Below are positions 23,809 to 35,000 of a stretch of 64,000 bases of DNA, piece by piece. A program made the position numbers and the translations under genes. Position 1 is the first letter of the stretch. Each line of letters begins with the position of its first letter. The notes beneath the pieces are model-generated. The model saw only the letters and a list, made by a program, of their open reading frames with translations, did no database searches and had not been told where the DNA came from. Source of the stretch: Diplonema japonicum (lineage: Eukaryota > Protista > Euglenozoa: Diplonemea). The stretch is taken from positions 434,001 to 498,000 of the forward strand of contig OZ025673.1 in NCBI GenBank assembly GCA_964019335.1, in the 5' to 3' direction.

Positions 23809-24125
23809 CGCCCCCGCCCACCCCCCCTGCCTGAAAAGTGAGTAAAAAGAAGAAAAACGAGGGGTGGGGTGGGATAATGAAATTCAACACATCTAAGGGG
23901 AAAAAAAAGTCTTGGGGAGGGGCAATAGGGGGACACAACGATGCAGCGATGCAGAAGGGGGAAAAAAAGGCGATGCTTAAGGGCCAATCCCACTTGAGGA
24001 CCACGCCCCCAAAAAAGAAAAATCCGGCACCGCCTGCACTGCCATGCCTCAAGACCTGTCTAAATTAATCTAGAAAATAGCATATCTAACATAACGGGGG
24101 GGGGGGGGGGGGTTCGGGAAAGATG

Positions 24126-27100
24126 TCACGGAACGAAGACATGGGAGTTCCTACGGGTGTGGGGGGGCCTTGTCATGGAGCTGTTGCGGGAGTGGCCAGA
24201 GTTGGAGCGTCGCGGGCGAGAGAGGGAGGTGGTGGAGGTAACAGAGTGGCGCCTAGTAGCGGTGTGGGCAGTGGGAAGGATGGACAGCGAGAGAATTACT
24301 GTGCTGTGGTCACCGTTAAGTGACTTGAAGCGCCAGGTGCGCGCCATGGAGTCCTTGGCCTTGGGGTCGTCCGAGACAGAAACCTGCACCAGACGACGCT
24401 TGTCAACTGCTATACGCGTACCGTAGGTGGTAGGCGACACATCGAAGTCAGCACCTGTGGAAGACAGTTTTAGCGAGAGTACTGTGGGTGTGGCTGACCC
24501 CCCGCCTATAACCTTCCATGAACTGCTGTCAAGTTCGTCATCTGACTGTTCCTTGTACGCCGCCGCTGCGATCTGTTGCTCCTTCTCCGCTACTAGCTGC
24601 TGCCATATCGCCACTTCTTTCTGCCAATCTTCGTCGCTCCTTTGGATCTCCATTTTAGAGTGCAGCCTCACAGCCTCCATGTCCTTCATCACCTGGTCGC
24701 AGAATGCGGCGATCTGTGCGTCATGTTGAGCTTCCTGTTCCTTCAGCTTTGTTGACACAGCAGCTTGTTCCACAGACAGCTTCTTGTTCTTCTCTGTGAT
24801 TGCTCGCAGTTTGTCTTCCATCGCTTGTCTCTCTAATGTGCCCCACGGTAAGTTTTCCTCAGTCAAGATGCCGACCTCTCTTGTGATGTGTGTCACGGGC
24901 GTCGTGCTTGCGTGTTGGCTCTCAACAATGCTAATCTCTTGTGTGCGCTTCTTGTCAAGCTCCGTGCGGAGCAACGCAACTTCCGTGTGCGAGCTCTCGA
25001 TGACGGAGGTAAGGCTCTTCATCTGCTCCTTGAGACTGCTCGCTTCAGTTTTAAGCTGCTCGATTTCTTTTTTATAGATTTCGATGGTTCTGTCCTTGAC
25101 ATCTGCATCCCTTGCAGTCATCAGGAGGTTTTCCCTCAGATCTCCCGCCTCTGCCTCTGCCTCTTCCATCTTTCTTTTTATTGTACTCTGCTCCGCGATA
25201 AGCACTCTCACTGTTTCTTCTGTCTTCTTGAGTTCGTTCCCTAAGCCGCTCCTCATGTCTTCAAACCCGTTTTCAGATGTCTCGTGGTGTCTTGTCGGCG
25301 GGGTGATGCCGCTGAGCTCAGGCGACGCCATGAACGACGCGTGAGACCTCGAAGGCGTGTGCGGCGCAGGGCTGCCGCCCGGTTGCACCTGTTTTATTTT
25401 CTTCTTCTTCTTCTCCGTTCAATGGCATACCAGTCTTGACAGAACCCGGCAGAAGGAGGCCCACAAATCTCGCGAGGAGGTGCGCAGTAAGAACGGCTGT
25501 TTAGATTCTCCAAAAGATTCTTCAGCAGCATACCTGAGTTGACAGTGAGTTGTCGTGCTTCGGAATGAAGCCAAAATAGTACATTTTAGGATCCGATGCT
25601 TTGGGGTGGGTGGAGGGGTCATGCGGCAGGCCGTCTGCACGGAAGCGTGACACGAACTGCTGCTGCGACGCGTAGAACCTGTCGATTGTGTGCTGTCTAT
25701 CAAGTACCATACCTCACTCCCTTCACGAGGGCAGGGTCTTTACGTTCATAATCTTCAGTCCTTTCGAAGTACTGCAAGCAAGTAGCATCTGCTACGAACC
25801 AACGTCTGGTCCACGAAGCGGGCTTGTGTCCCGTCGACATTCCCAACTTGAACAGCTCCCCCTGCACAGGGATGTCCAGCTCCACTTGTGAGATGTCTCT
25901 CTGGGAGGTGTCACCTCTGCCAGGTGTCGAGTAGCTGATGGATTTGTTCCTCTCGTGGGTGAGCTCCTCCTCGGAGCGCTTCAAGGCCGTTTCCGTTTTC
26001 TTTAGTAACTGTGCGAGGGACTGCCGTTGGCGTTCTTCATCTGCGCGTGTCAGCTCGGCACGGCGTACCTCGGCTTCTAACTGCTGGATCTTCTCCTGCA
26101 GCTCGGTGTTTGATACTTCGTAGACTGCGCGCATCCTTGCGACTTGCGTGATGGACTGGTCGCTGCCCTGCTCGCGTAGCTCTGCTAGTTCACTCTGCAG
26201 CTTTGTCACCGTCTCGACAAGTTCACTGTTGCGCTCCATCTGTGTTTCCAGCTCTCTCTCTACCTTCTTAATCCTCTTTGCTGCTTCGGTGTTGCTGCTG
26301 TCGTTCGTGGTAAACGACTCGCGTGCCTTGGCAGCTTCTGCCTGTACCTTGGAAGCTTCTGCTCGTGCTTTAATGACTTCTGCCCGTGCCTGCTTCTCGC
26401 TCGCTGTCAACGTCACGATCTCTGCCTCCAATGCCTTCCTATCAGAGCTTTCTTCCGTGATTTCTGTAATGAGCCTTTCCAGACGCCTTCCTGCTGTGGC
26501 TATCATGTCGGGCGCTGAAACCATCGGCAGTTCTTCGTTTGGAAGCAGCCTCTCAAACACGCCCCGCATCTCAGACTTGACAGCCTCTACATCCGCCTGC
26601 GCGTGGTCTAGATCGGTCTGCACCTTGTGCAGCATCACCCCTGCCTCGGCAGTCAAACCTTCCGCCTCCTCGCTCTGCTTTTGAAGAGTAATAAATCTCG
26701 TTTTAAGGGCTTCGTATTCAGACTTGAACCCCCCTTCCGAACTCTGTGCAGCTTTAAGGCGGTCGGTGAGTTGTTGGTTTTCGAATCGTAGCGTTTTTGC
26801 GTTGTTTTCAAGCTGTACTATTTCGTTTTCTTGCATCCTAAGCATGGACTTGTGCCTCTCGACGACAGCAGCGTCCGGTTCGTAGTGGCTGCTTTGCTGA
26901 TAAGATGGTGTTGGGGTGGGCTGCACTGGCTGCGGCGGTGGTGTGGACGAAGGTGTGCGTGGTGGACCCCCTGGGGTTACCTTAGGTGTGTGCGCTCCCT
27001 GTCCTTGCGGATAAAGAGGCGGCTTGTGCAAGCCAGCGAGCCCTTGTCCCGCCCCTGATTGCGATGCTGGCGGTCCCGATAGTGGATCGTAAGGCTTACT

Positions 27101-27175
27101 TTCAAACCCATTCTCATTAATGTCCAAGTCGTCCCCCCGCATGTACTGGTCAAACACCCGCTGTCGGTCCGACAT
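24126..27175 (-). CDS. Coiled-coil protein with central PH domain (~978 aa)
   Basis: Introns 25679-25712, 25497-25533 and 25389-25430 join the ORFs in frame. PH signature VQGELFKLG...WTRRWFVA...LQYF...FLLRTSSRDLW. Confidence 0.8.
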
Positions 27176-27569
27176 GTTCCCCACCACACTGAAGGTGCAA
27201 GCTAGATAGGGGGGAAAGGGGGTGGGGGGTGGTGGGGGGGGGGGGGGATAAAACAAGCAACATTTTTTTTTTCTTTTCGCTTTCTGTTTTGTTTCGTCGC
27301 TCCTTATGGTTCATTCTTCCCACCACAAAAAGAAGAAGAAAAATATGGTGGATCAAAAGGGGGTATGGTACAAACAGGTACAATAATATAAATAGAATAA
27401 TAATAAAAATGGGAAACAACAACAAAAAGAGAAAAAACGGATATAAGTTTTTTTTTTTAAAATTCAATTCAACATAATCATCATTATTCAATAAGTAAAT
27501 TTGGAAGAAAAAAAAAAGTCAAACGTGTACAAAGAACGGGGGGGGGGGGGGGGGGGGAATGCTACCAAC

Positions 27570-27944
27570 TTATTGCTTCTGAGCAGGCCAAAGAGACCCA
27601 CCCCAACCAGGGTTGAAATTGACAGGGCCGCCCCAGCGGACCCAAGGAGGGCAATCGGCGCCACCAGGTACCTGAAATGGCGGGGCATAAGGCGGGGGGT
27701 TGCATGGGTTGGTGTTTCGTAGGCCAGGAGGGAGCGGCCTGAGCTGGTAAGGGTCAATGGTTTGTGGTGTCCTGTCGCAGTTGTTGTTCACAGGCATCTG
27801 ACGCGGTTCGGAGCAACAACAGCACTCCTGTTGCACCACGGGCTGTTGGCAACACCCACCATATCCCCTGTCAAGTGCTCTTGGCTGTGGCGGCTGGTAC
27901 ATCACCATAGGCTGAGGTGCCATGTTGCATGTGTTGCAAGACAT
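27570..27944 (-). CDS. Small Cys/Pro/Gln-rich protein (124 aa)
   Basis: Clean ORF with coding-like composition (CCQQPVVQQECCCC, PPPYAPP). Confidence 0.65.
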   Translation of the reverse strand: MSCNTCNMAPQPMVMYQPPQPRALDRGYGGCCQQPVVQQECCCCSEPRQMPVNNNCDRTPQTIDPYQLRPLPPGLRNTNPCNPPPYAPPFQVPGGADCPPWVRWGGPVNFNPGWGGSLWPAQKQ

Positions 27945-28083
27945 GTCGGAGAGGGTAAATAGAAAACCTGAAAGATGGAGGAAGAAGAAGAATTTTAAAA
28001 AAAAAAAAGAAAAAAAAAAACGGATTATAAATAAGTTTTAAAAAGAGGTTAGAAAGGAAGGAGGGGGGGGAAAGAAAAAGTCT

Positions 28084-29391
28084 CTAGCAATAGTTAAACC
28101 CGGAAGCTATGGCAGGCTTGATAAGACTGTACATAGAATTGTACCCACAACTGTTTTTTTTTTTTTTTTTTTTTTCTTTTTTTTTTCTTTTTTTTGTACA
28201 ATATACCTGTGTAAGTTTTTCGTGAGCTGCATGATATTATTCTTTTTCTCGGCGGACCACTTCCGTCGCACTAAGAGGCAGTTTCCCTGAGACGATGACC
28301 TGTTGTATTCGCCTTCATTGCGCAACTTTAAGAACAGTGGGATGTTATTCGGGCACGGGGCCTCGAGAGCCCCTGTTCTACACCGCTTGGTCGGCAGCAC
28401 CACAGAGACAGGGATAAAGTCGTGTTTGTGCCCTTTTGCCCAGATATTGGTAGCGAGGGTCCCGTCTGCCTTGTACATTGCCAAGTGCATGTGAGCAAAT
28501 CTTGGTGTCTTCCCGTGTTCAAAGCATTTCGCGCCTGGGGTCTTGGCGTTGGGCTGGTACACCGTGTTACGGTCCAACATAAGGGAATACATCAGTTTAT
28601 TCTGGGAATCGAACTGTTTTTTTTTTCCTTCTTTTATTTTTTTTTTTCCCTCTGAAAATACCTTGTCAAGATCGGGGTGGAAATTGTTGACACACATCCC
28701 CTCGTTCCAAAACTCCAAGAGGAACCCGTGGATCATTTTGTTGAATTCTTCTTTGGTGCAGGCGTGGCTTGTTTCGCTGCAAGGGTGCACCTATAAAAAA
28801 AAAAACTTTTTTTTTTCATTCTTTTTTTTTCTTCATTCGAAACCATACTTGATTGGGCAACAGCGCGAAAAAATCAAAATCGTCATCTGCGTTGGTCATC
28901 CCACCCGCGCGGGATGCACCGATGAGGCCGCCTTCGTCGAGCCACCAGTGCGAGTTGATTTTATCGAATACTTTTGTCAGCTTTTTTACGTACTTCATGT
29001 TCAAGCTTGCTTCGCTGAAGGTATGACTACACGCATCGAGAAGTGTAGTGTCTGAAAAGTCAATGGGCTTCGCGTTGATGAGGTCGATCGGTGACTGCTT
29101 GGCAGTTTGCTTCATCTCTTCCTTGTCTTCATTCTCGTCTGCTTCCGTGCTGTCCTCCTCTGCTGGTTTCTTCGTCGGGCGCAATTTAGTCTTTTCCGGT
29201 TTTTTTACGGGCTTTTCACGGCGATTTGTTTTCTCTGCATATCTATCGATCGGAGCCCACCCCGATGCACCCCCTCCTCTACTGGGCACTTCCGGGCGTA
29301 GGGAATTCGCCACAAATAGCAACCACAGGAAAACAGGAGCAATCATCCCAAAAACTATATAAATCATACGTGGCCGGGTGGATGGTGGCAT
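28084..29391 (-). CDS. LicD/fukutin-family nucleotidyltransferase-fold protein, type II membrane (~381 aa)
   Basis: WWLDEGGLIGASRAGGMTNADDDFDF matches the LicD motif WLDxGTLLGAxRxxGxIPWDDDxD; N-terminal TM; introns 28791-28848, 28614-28661, 28151-28206. Confidence 0.8.
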
Positions 29392-29481
29392 TTTTTCCCC
29401 CCCCTCTTTTTTTGTTTCCCTCCGTTTTCTTCAAATTACTTTTCCCCCCATCCTGATTTTTTTTTTTTTTTTTTTTTTTTT

Positions 29482-29760
29482 TTATTTCGTCACGGTGAAT
29501 TTTGTGAAGTTCCCGTGTTCTGTGCCCCACTCAACGTGCACCCCGTCCACTCTCGATTTCGGGCTTCCCTTTGTCTCGCACCACAGCCTGAGTTCGTTTA
29601 AAGGTTTTTCCTCAGACGCCTCGGCCATAACTTCTACGGTGCCGTCGGGCAAGTTTCTCACCCACCCCACTAAACCCAGGCTTTCCGCTGTGGCTTTGGT
29701 GTGTTTTCTGAAAAACACCCCCTGGACCTTCCCCGACACTATCAAGTGCATGGACGGCAT
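29482..29760 (-). CDS. Acylphosphatase (92 aa)
   Basis: VSGKVQGVFFR and GWVRNLPDGTVEV signatures; start MPSMHL. Confidence 0.92.
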   Translation of the reverse strand: MPSMHLIVSGKVQGVFFRKHTKATAESLGLVGWVRNLPDGTVEVMAEASEEKPLNELRLWCETKGSPKSRVDGVHVEWGTEHGNFTKFTVTK

Positions 29761-30096
29761 TTGGTGTCTTCTGGGTTTTCTTTTTCTCTTTTTTTTCAGA
29801 TATGATTTTAATCCAATTCCGCTTATAATCAAAAAGAGGAACTCAACAAGACCATTAAAAAAAAAAAGTACAAAAAAAAAAGGGGGATTTATGCCCACCC
29901 TTTTTTTTTTTTTTTTTTTTTTTTTCTTTTTCCTTCTGCAAAGAAAGAGAGGGGCGAAGAGGGGGAAAGGGGGAAAAGGCTTTTTTTTTCTTTTTTTTTT
30001 TCTTTTTTTTTTTGAGAAGAGCATCCATAAAAAAAAAAGTTTCTTTTTTTTTATTTCCTTCTGTTCTAAAAAAAAAAAAAAACTTAGCACCTTTTC

Positions 30097-31191
30097 TTAT
30101 AATTCCTCAGGGACGAAGTTAAGCTCCCGTGTAGGTGTCATATCAACCTTTTTTTTTTTTTTCCCCCCAAAAAAAAAAATCCCTTCCCAAAACGTACCAT
30201 TCCAAACGTCGGGGATGTGTCAAGGCGGCAATGCTTCTTGCCGTACTCAATACGTGCGTAGCCCATCTCTCCCCATGAGGTTCCCCAGGAGTTCTTTACA
30301 ATCCAATACCTGAAGAAAAAAAATATATTTATTTATTTAAATTTTCCCCCCCCCTCCATACTTCATTCCGTCTTCCTCCCCGAACCCAACAATAGCAACT
30401 GCATGATCAACAGTAGAATCACAACTGCATTCTGTGATAATACCGGACTTGTAGGTAAGAAGTGTTGAAGAGCACATATGGGTGGCAACGGGACCAAGAA
30501 TGGCAAGAAATACAAGAATCTGACCTTCGTCATCAGGGAGATGACCGACCCCTTTGAGGGAAAACAGCGGTTTGGGTTTAGAACGGCGGGAACAGCGTGC
30601 GGTAGATGTGGGGTCGGTGATGGGGTACTGATCTGCAGTATGGATACCATCGACCTCGTTGAGCCACTCAAGAGCAGTTGTGGACCGTCCACCTTTGCAG
30701 CCATCATCAAGGTGATCGCAACGAAGGAACTCTTCAGTAGAGAGTAGTTCATTATCCCACCCCCCAAATGCACGTTGGCCTTCTAGAGTGGCTATAGCGG
30801 CGTGAGCCCATCCTGAGGCGCAGAGGCCCTGGTCAACGACTGGGTTGACTGCGTTTTTCATTCTCCAGTCCAGTGTTTTTGTCTCTGCCTTTCTTACCTT
30901 GTCATCGTCGAACAGATCGGGTTTTGGTTCGTCATCGAAGTCGACCTCAGCCCTCATGGTAGCGAATTCTTCTGTCGTCAGGTCGGCCAGCCCGTTCCCT
31001 CCAAACACCGCCTTTGGGTTTTTTTCCTGCATTTCTTTTGCCGCGTTCATGTTGTTCTCGAACGCCTCGCGTCTCATCTGCTTCTCCTCACCGTTGTACT
31101 CCCTGCCGTGTGCATCCATCCACGATTCGAATTCCCCCCCGCTGCCTTCCACTGCAGCGGCTGTCAAAGCCAATGCCAACACGGCTTTCAT
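30097..31191 (-). CDS. Papain-family (C1A, cathepsin L/F-like) protease homolog lacking the catalytic Cys (~330 aa)
   Basis: Signal peptide, I29-like prodomain, [32 protein letters not shown] after introns 30310-30361 and 30148-30197; ends VPEEL. Confidence 0.88.
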
Positions 31192-31326
31192 TTTTTTTTT
31201 TTTGTCCTTGTGATTTATACGTCGGGGATTTTAAAATTGGAAAAGGAGGGGGGGGAAAAAAAAAGGAGAAACAAATCGCAACTTTTTTTTTTCTTTTTTT
31301 TTTTTTCAATGGGAGAAACTGGTACC

Positions 31327-31358
<32 letters not shown>

Positions 31359-31430
31359 CCTCGCTACCATTTTCTATTCTTTTTTTTTTTTTTTGTTAGT
31401 GTTTCAATTGGGCGGTTTTTTTTTTTGTAT

Positions 31431-32020
31431 CTACGAAACGGGGGTTAGATTCAAGAATTCAGATAGAGCGGGACGCAGCATTCCTCCCCAAGGCTGCTTT
31501 GCCTTCTCCACGATCTCTGTCATGTACCAGTCGAGAGTTCGCCTGCGCTCCTCTAGCGCTTCACCGGTCACCTTGAGGAGAGACTTTGGGGGGAAAGGTT
31601 GATTGATGTCGTGGCCGTATTCCTTGCACTTGGCACGGAGGTCGAAGAAGTTGTTGTAGCGCTTGTAAACCTTCCAATGCTTCCCGTCGGGGGTGCTCAC
31701 ATCAACGACGTACCAGGTCACCCCGTCTCGCTCTTCATGTGTGAGCAGCCTGGCCGCCATGATGTTAAAGGGCTCGCTAGGAAGAGTGCCTTCTTCCTCA
31801 TCGGCGTCGTCTCCCTCGTAGCTGGCATACCACTTCCCAGGGCGTGGCTCTAATATCTCCTTGGGATGCCCACTGGACACGAAGTGCATGCTTCCTAAGC
31901 CGTTACCGATCCACACCTTCACAGGGGAGCCCAAGTTGCTCTCTTCCCACACCAGCTGCGACACGGATTTGCAACACCAGTCTCTCGGGTAGCATCTAAC
32001 TTCGTCCAAAGGAGGTTCCT

Positions 32021-32066
<46 letters not shown>

Positions 32067-35000
32067 AAAAAGGAAAAACACACCTCCTTCTCCGTGCTCA
32101 CTACGTTCCCTACGCCGATGAACCTTTCTGACGGTGGGACAGGCCGCCATACAAACAGCTTGCCGTTCGACGCCTTCATCTCCCACACAAGTCTGTAGGC
32201 GACTGGGTTCGGCATGACACGGTCTGCCCATCTGTTGAAGGGTTATTTTTATTTTATTTTTGCATTGAACATACTTCTTGAGCTCGCCTGATGAGCTCAT
32301 CCCCGCCCTGTCGGTGATCACGACTTGCATCGCAGGCCACTCATCCTTCGAAGAGGGTTTCTCAAACCCGGGCCGCACGATGTGGCTCACGGTGAACTTC
32401 TTCGAGTACGACCCGCCCCATCGGATCCCGTGGTGCTTTGTGTCCAGCTTCCAGACCGTGAGGGGGCGCTCGCATGGTGTCCCACGTGACGACCACACCT
32501 TGTGGAAGTGGTGGCTTTGCGTGATCTCTACTTCGAACCTCTGCTTCTCGGACTTCAGCTTCGGCACCTGTGCGAGTGTTACGAACTTCCGACCGTCTTT
32601 GCATACCTTGAACACCACTTCCTTCGTCTCAGCTAACTCAGGCGCACCCTCTATCTCCACCTCCTGGATGTCGCCGTAGCCATCCTCGTGTTCCCGCTCA
32701 AACGCAGCTTTAAAGTCGTCCAAGTTGAGGGAATTGTGCCCCTTCGACACGTGCTTGTACACAGCTTTGAACTGCGGTTCTGAGAGTTGCGTAATGCCTA
32801 GCCACTTGAGGCCCTCGTACAGCTCGGGTGCTTGGATGAGCCCCTTCTTCTTGGTGTCAAACATCCTGAAGAGGTCTGTAGGCCACATGTTCCTCGCAAT
32901 CATAGCCAGTTTCACCCTGCTGATTGTTGCACGCACTGCCAAGTCGGAGAACTCATCAGCCGTCATGAACAGCCTTGCCACGGGGAGGTCCTGCCAGGGC
33001 TTCTTCGCCCTCCTACGACATGCTCTGATGTGTTGGTACCACAGCTTCCTGCTCTCACACGGTGAATGGGTCAGTGACCTCAGACACCATGCAAGATCTT
33101 TCGGTGTGATAGCATCCTGACAGTCGAGGAACATCATGCACGCCTCAGCTGCATCTCCTTGCTGCGATGCTTTCGGTGCCCGCGTGAAGCTCAAACTCTT
33201 ATCCACCGTGGTGTCGGCAAGACTTCTCACAGGGAAGGCACGCACGGACAGGTTGGCATTGGGGACGCTTGGCAACGCAGCTCGCAAGTGCTCCGCCTGT
33301 TTTGTGTTTCATATTCATATGTTCTTCTTTCGTATTCATACCTCTTCGAGCGACAGCACCACGAAGTATCGCCCGTCTTGTATCTGGAAGAAAGCCTGCT
33401 TCGTGATGGCCTCCTCCAATGCCTGCCTTGTGATATTAGCTGTTGCGCCGCCGAACTCTTGCATCAAAGCATCCACCTGGTCCTGTCCCTCGACCATCAT
33501 TTCGAGAGAGTCAAGAAGAGCTTTGAGTTGCACTTTCTGGATCACGCCCTTGCCTTCTGAGTCGAAGAGTGCAAATGCAGTACGCAGCTGCTGCTGCTGG
33601 TCCTCTGAAAGAGGCGCCTTGTGCTCGTGGACCTTGAGCGCAGCAGGGTCGGGCACCCATTCCATCATGCACATCACGTTGCGTAGCCTACGCACACTGC
33701 GGAGTCGCCACGATTTGTGGTAATAGTTGTCTGAGATCATGAGGTACTTCGGGAAGGTTAGATTCGGGGACTTGGAATGCCCTATTCCTCGGAAGACAGT
33801 AAAGTCCGACAGCGGGTAGAAGGTAGTTGCTTTCTCCGGTGTGCCCCACAAATGCTCCAACGGCCATCTTGTTGGGTCTTCCTCTTTTCTGCTGTAGTCT
33901 TGTGCATGCGGCAGCTCTGGAACGTCTTCTTCTTCCTGCTCGACCTCGATTTCGAGCTCCTGTTCTTGCTCCTGTTCTTGTTCTTGCTCTTGTTCCTGTT
34001 CTTGCTCTTGCACAACTTCGCCTTCCAACTGGATATCGACGATTTTCTCCTCCGTCTCGTGGCCCTGCAGGTCGTTCATGATCATCTCGCACGTCTTCAG
34101 CCCTTCGGCGGTGATCCAGTTCTTGTTGCTGGCTTGCAGCTCGTTGAGACTCGCCACAAGTGTCTGCCTGCGTTCCCCAGGCAGGCTGTTAGGCACCACA
34201 AACCTCACAGAGTCGCGCAGGATGCGTAGAGATGAAGCAGCCTCCTGCGAGGCACCATCTGATTTGCCGAGCTTGCTCAAGGCGACACGCCTCCATACAG
34301 TTGTGAGGTTCTGCTGGCAGAGCAGCTGGAACTGGTGTTTCTCCGCCTCAAGAGATGCAAGAATCAACCAGAGCACGACGTCAAGCTGTGTACTCCTAGT
34401 AAAGTTCGCCTTCACATAGTTGGTGACATGCTTTTCAACCAACGACACTACTTCAGGTGGGACAAGGAGCTCGATGCACTGCCCGGCGCCAATGCCCCTC
34501 ATTCGATAAGCTGCCTGCGCGTAGTCACGGAACACCATATCCTTGCCGATAGTCAACGCAGCGGTACAGCTAAGCGGCTGCTTGATATCCATGCCCGTAG
34601 TGTGGATGTGGTCATAGAACGTGAAGCGCTCGTGCCAAGCAAGACCACATTGCTCCAGGTGAATCACTCTCCAGCCGTCCCTGAGAAGCACCATCCTCTC
34701 GTCCTTGCTCGATATGAACACCACCCCCTTAAACTGTTGAAGCCCGTCACGGAGAAGGGCTTCAGCAGCCTCATAATTGGTGTATCCCGTGATCAGGGCT
34801 CCACAGTCGATGAGTGCTGTGTAGCGTGAGTTCGCCACATAGTTCAGGATGCTGCGAGGTGACCACCCTTCAGGCAGGCCATGGCTGCTCACCACATCGT
34901 GTCTCAGCACAGTGGCCAGGATCTCCCCATCGTCCCCATCTGCGTACTGGCACTTCCCCATGTCGAGCGGCAGCAGGTCGTTGGGCGTACCACTGAAACC

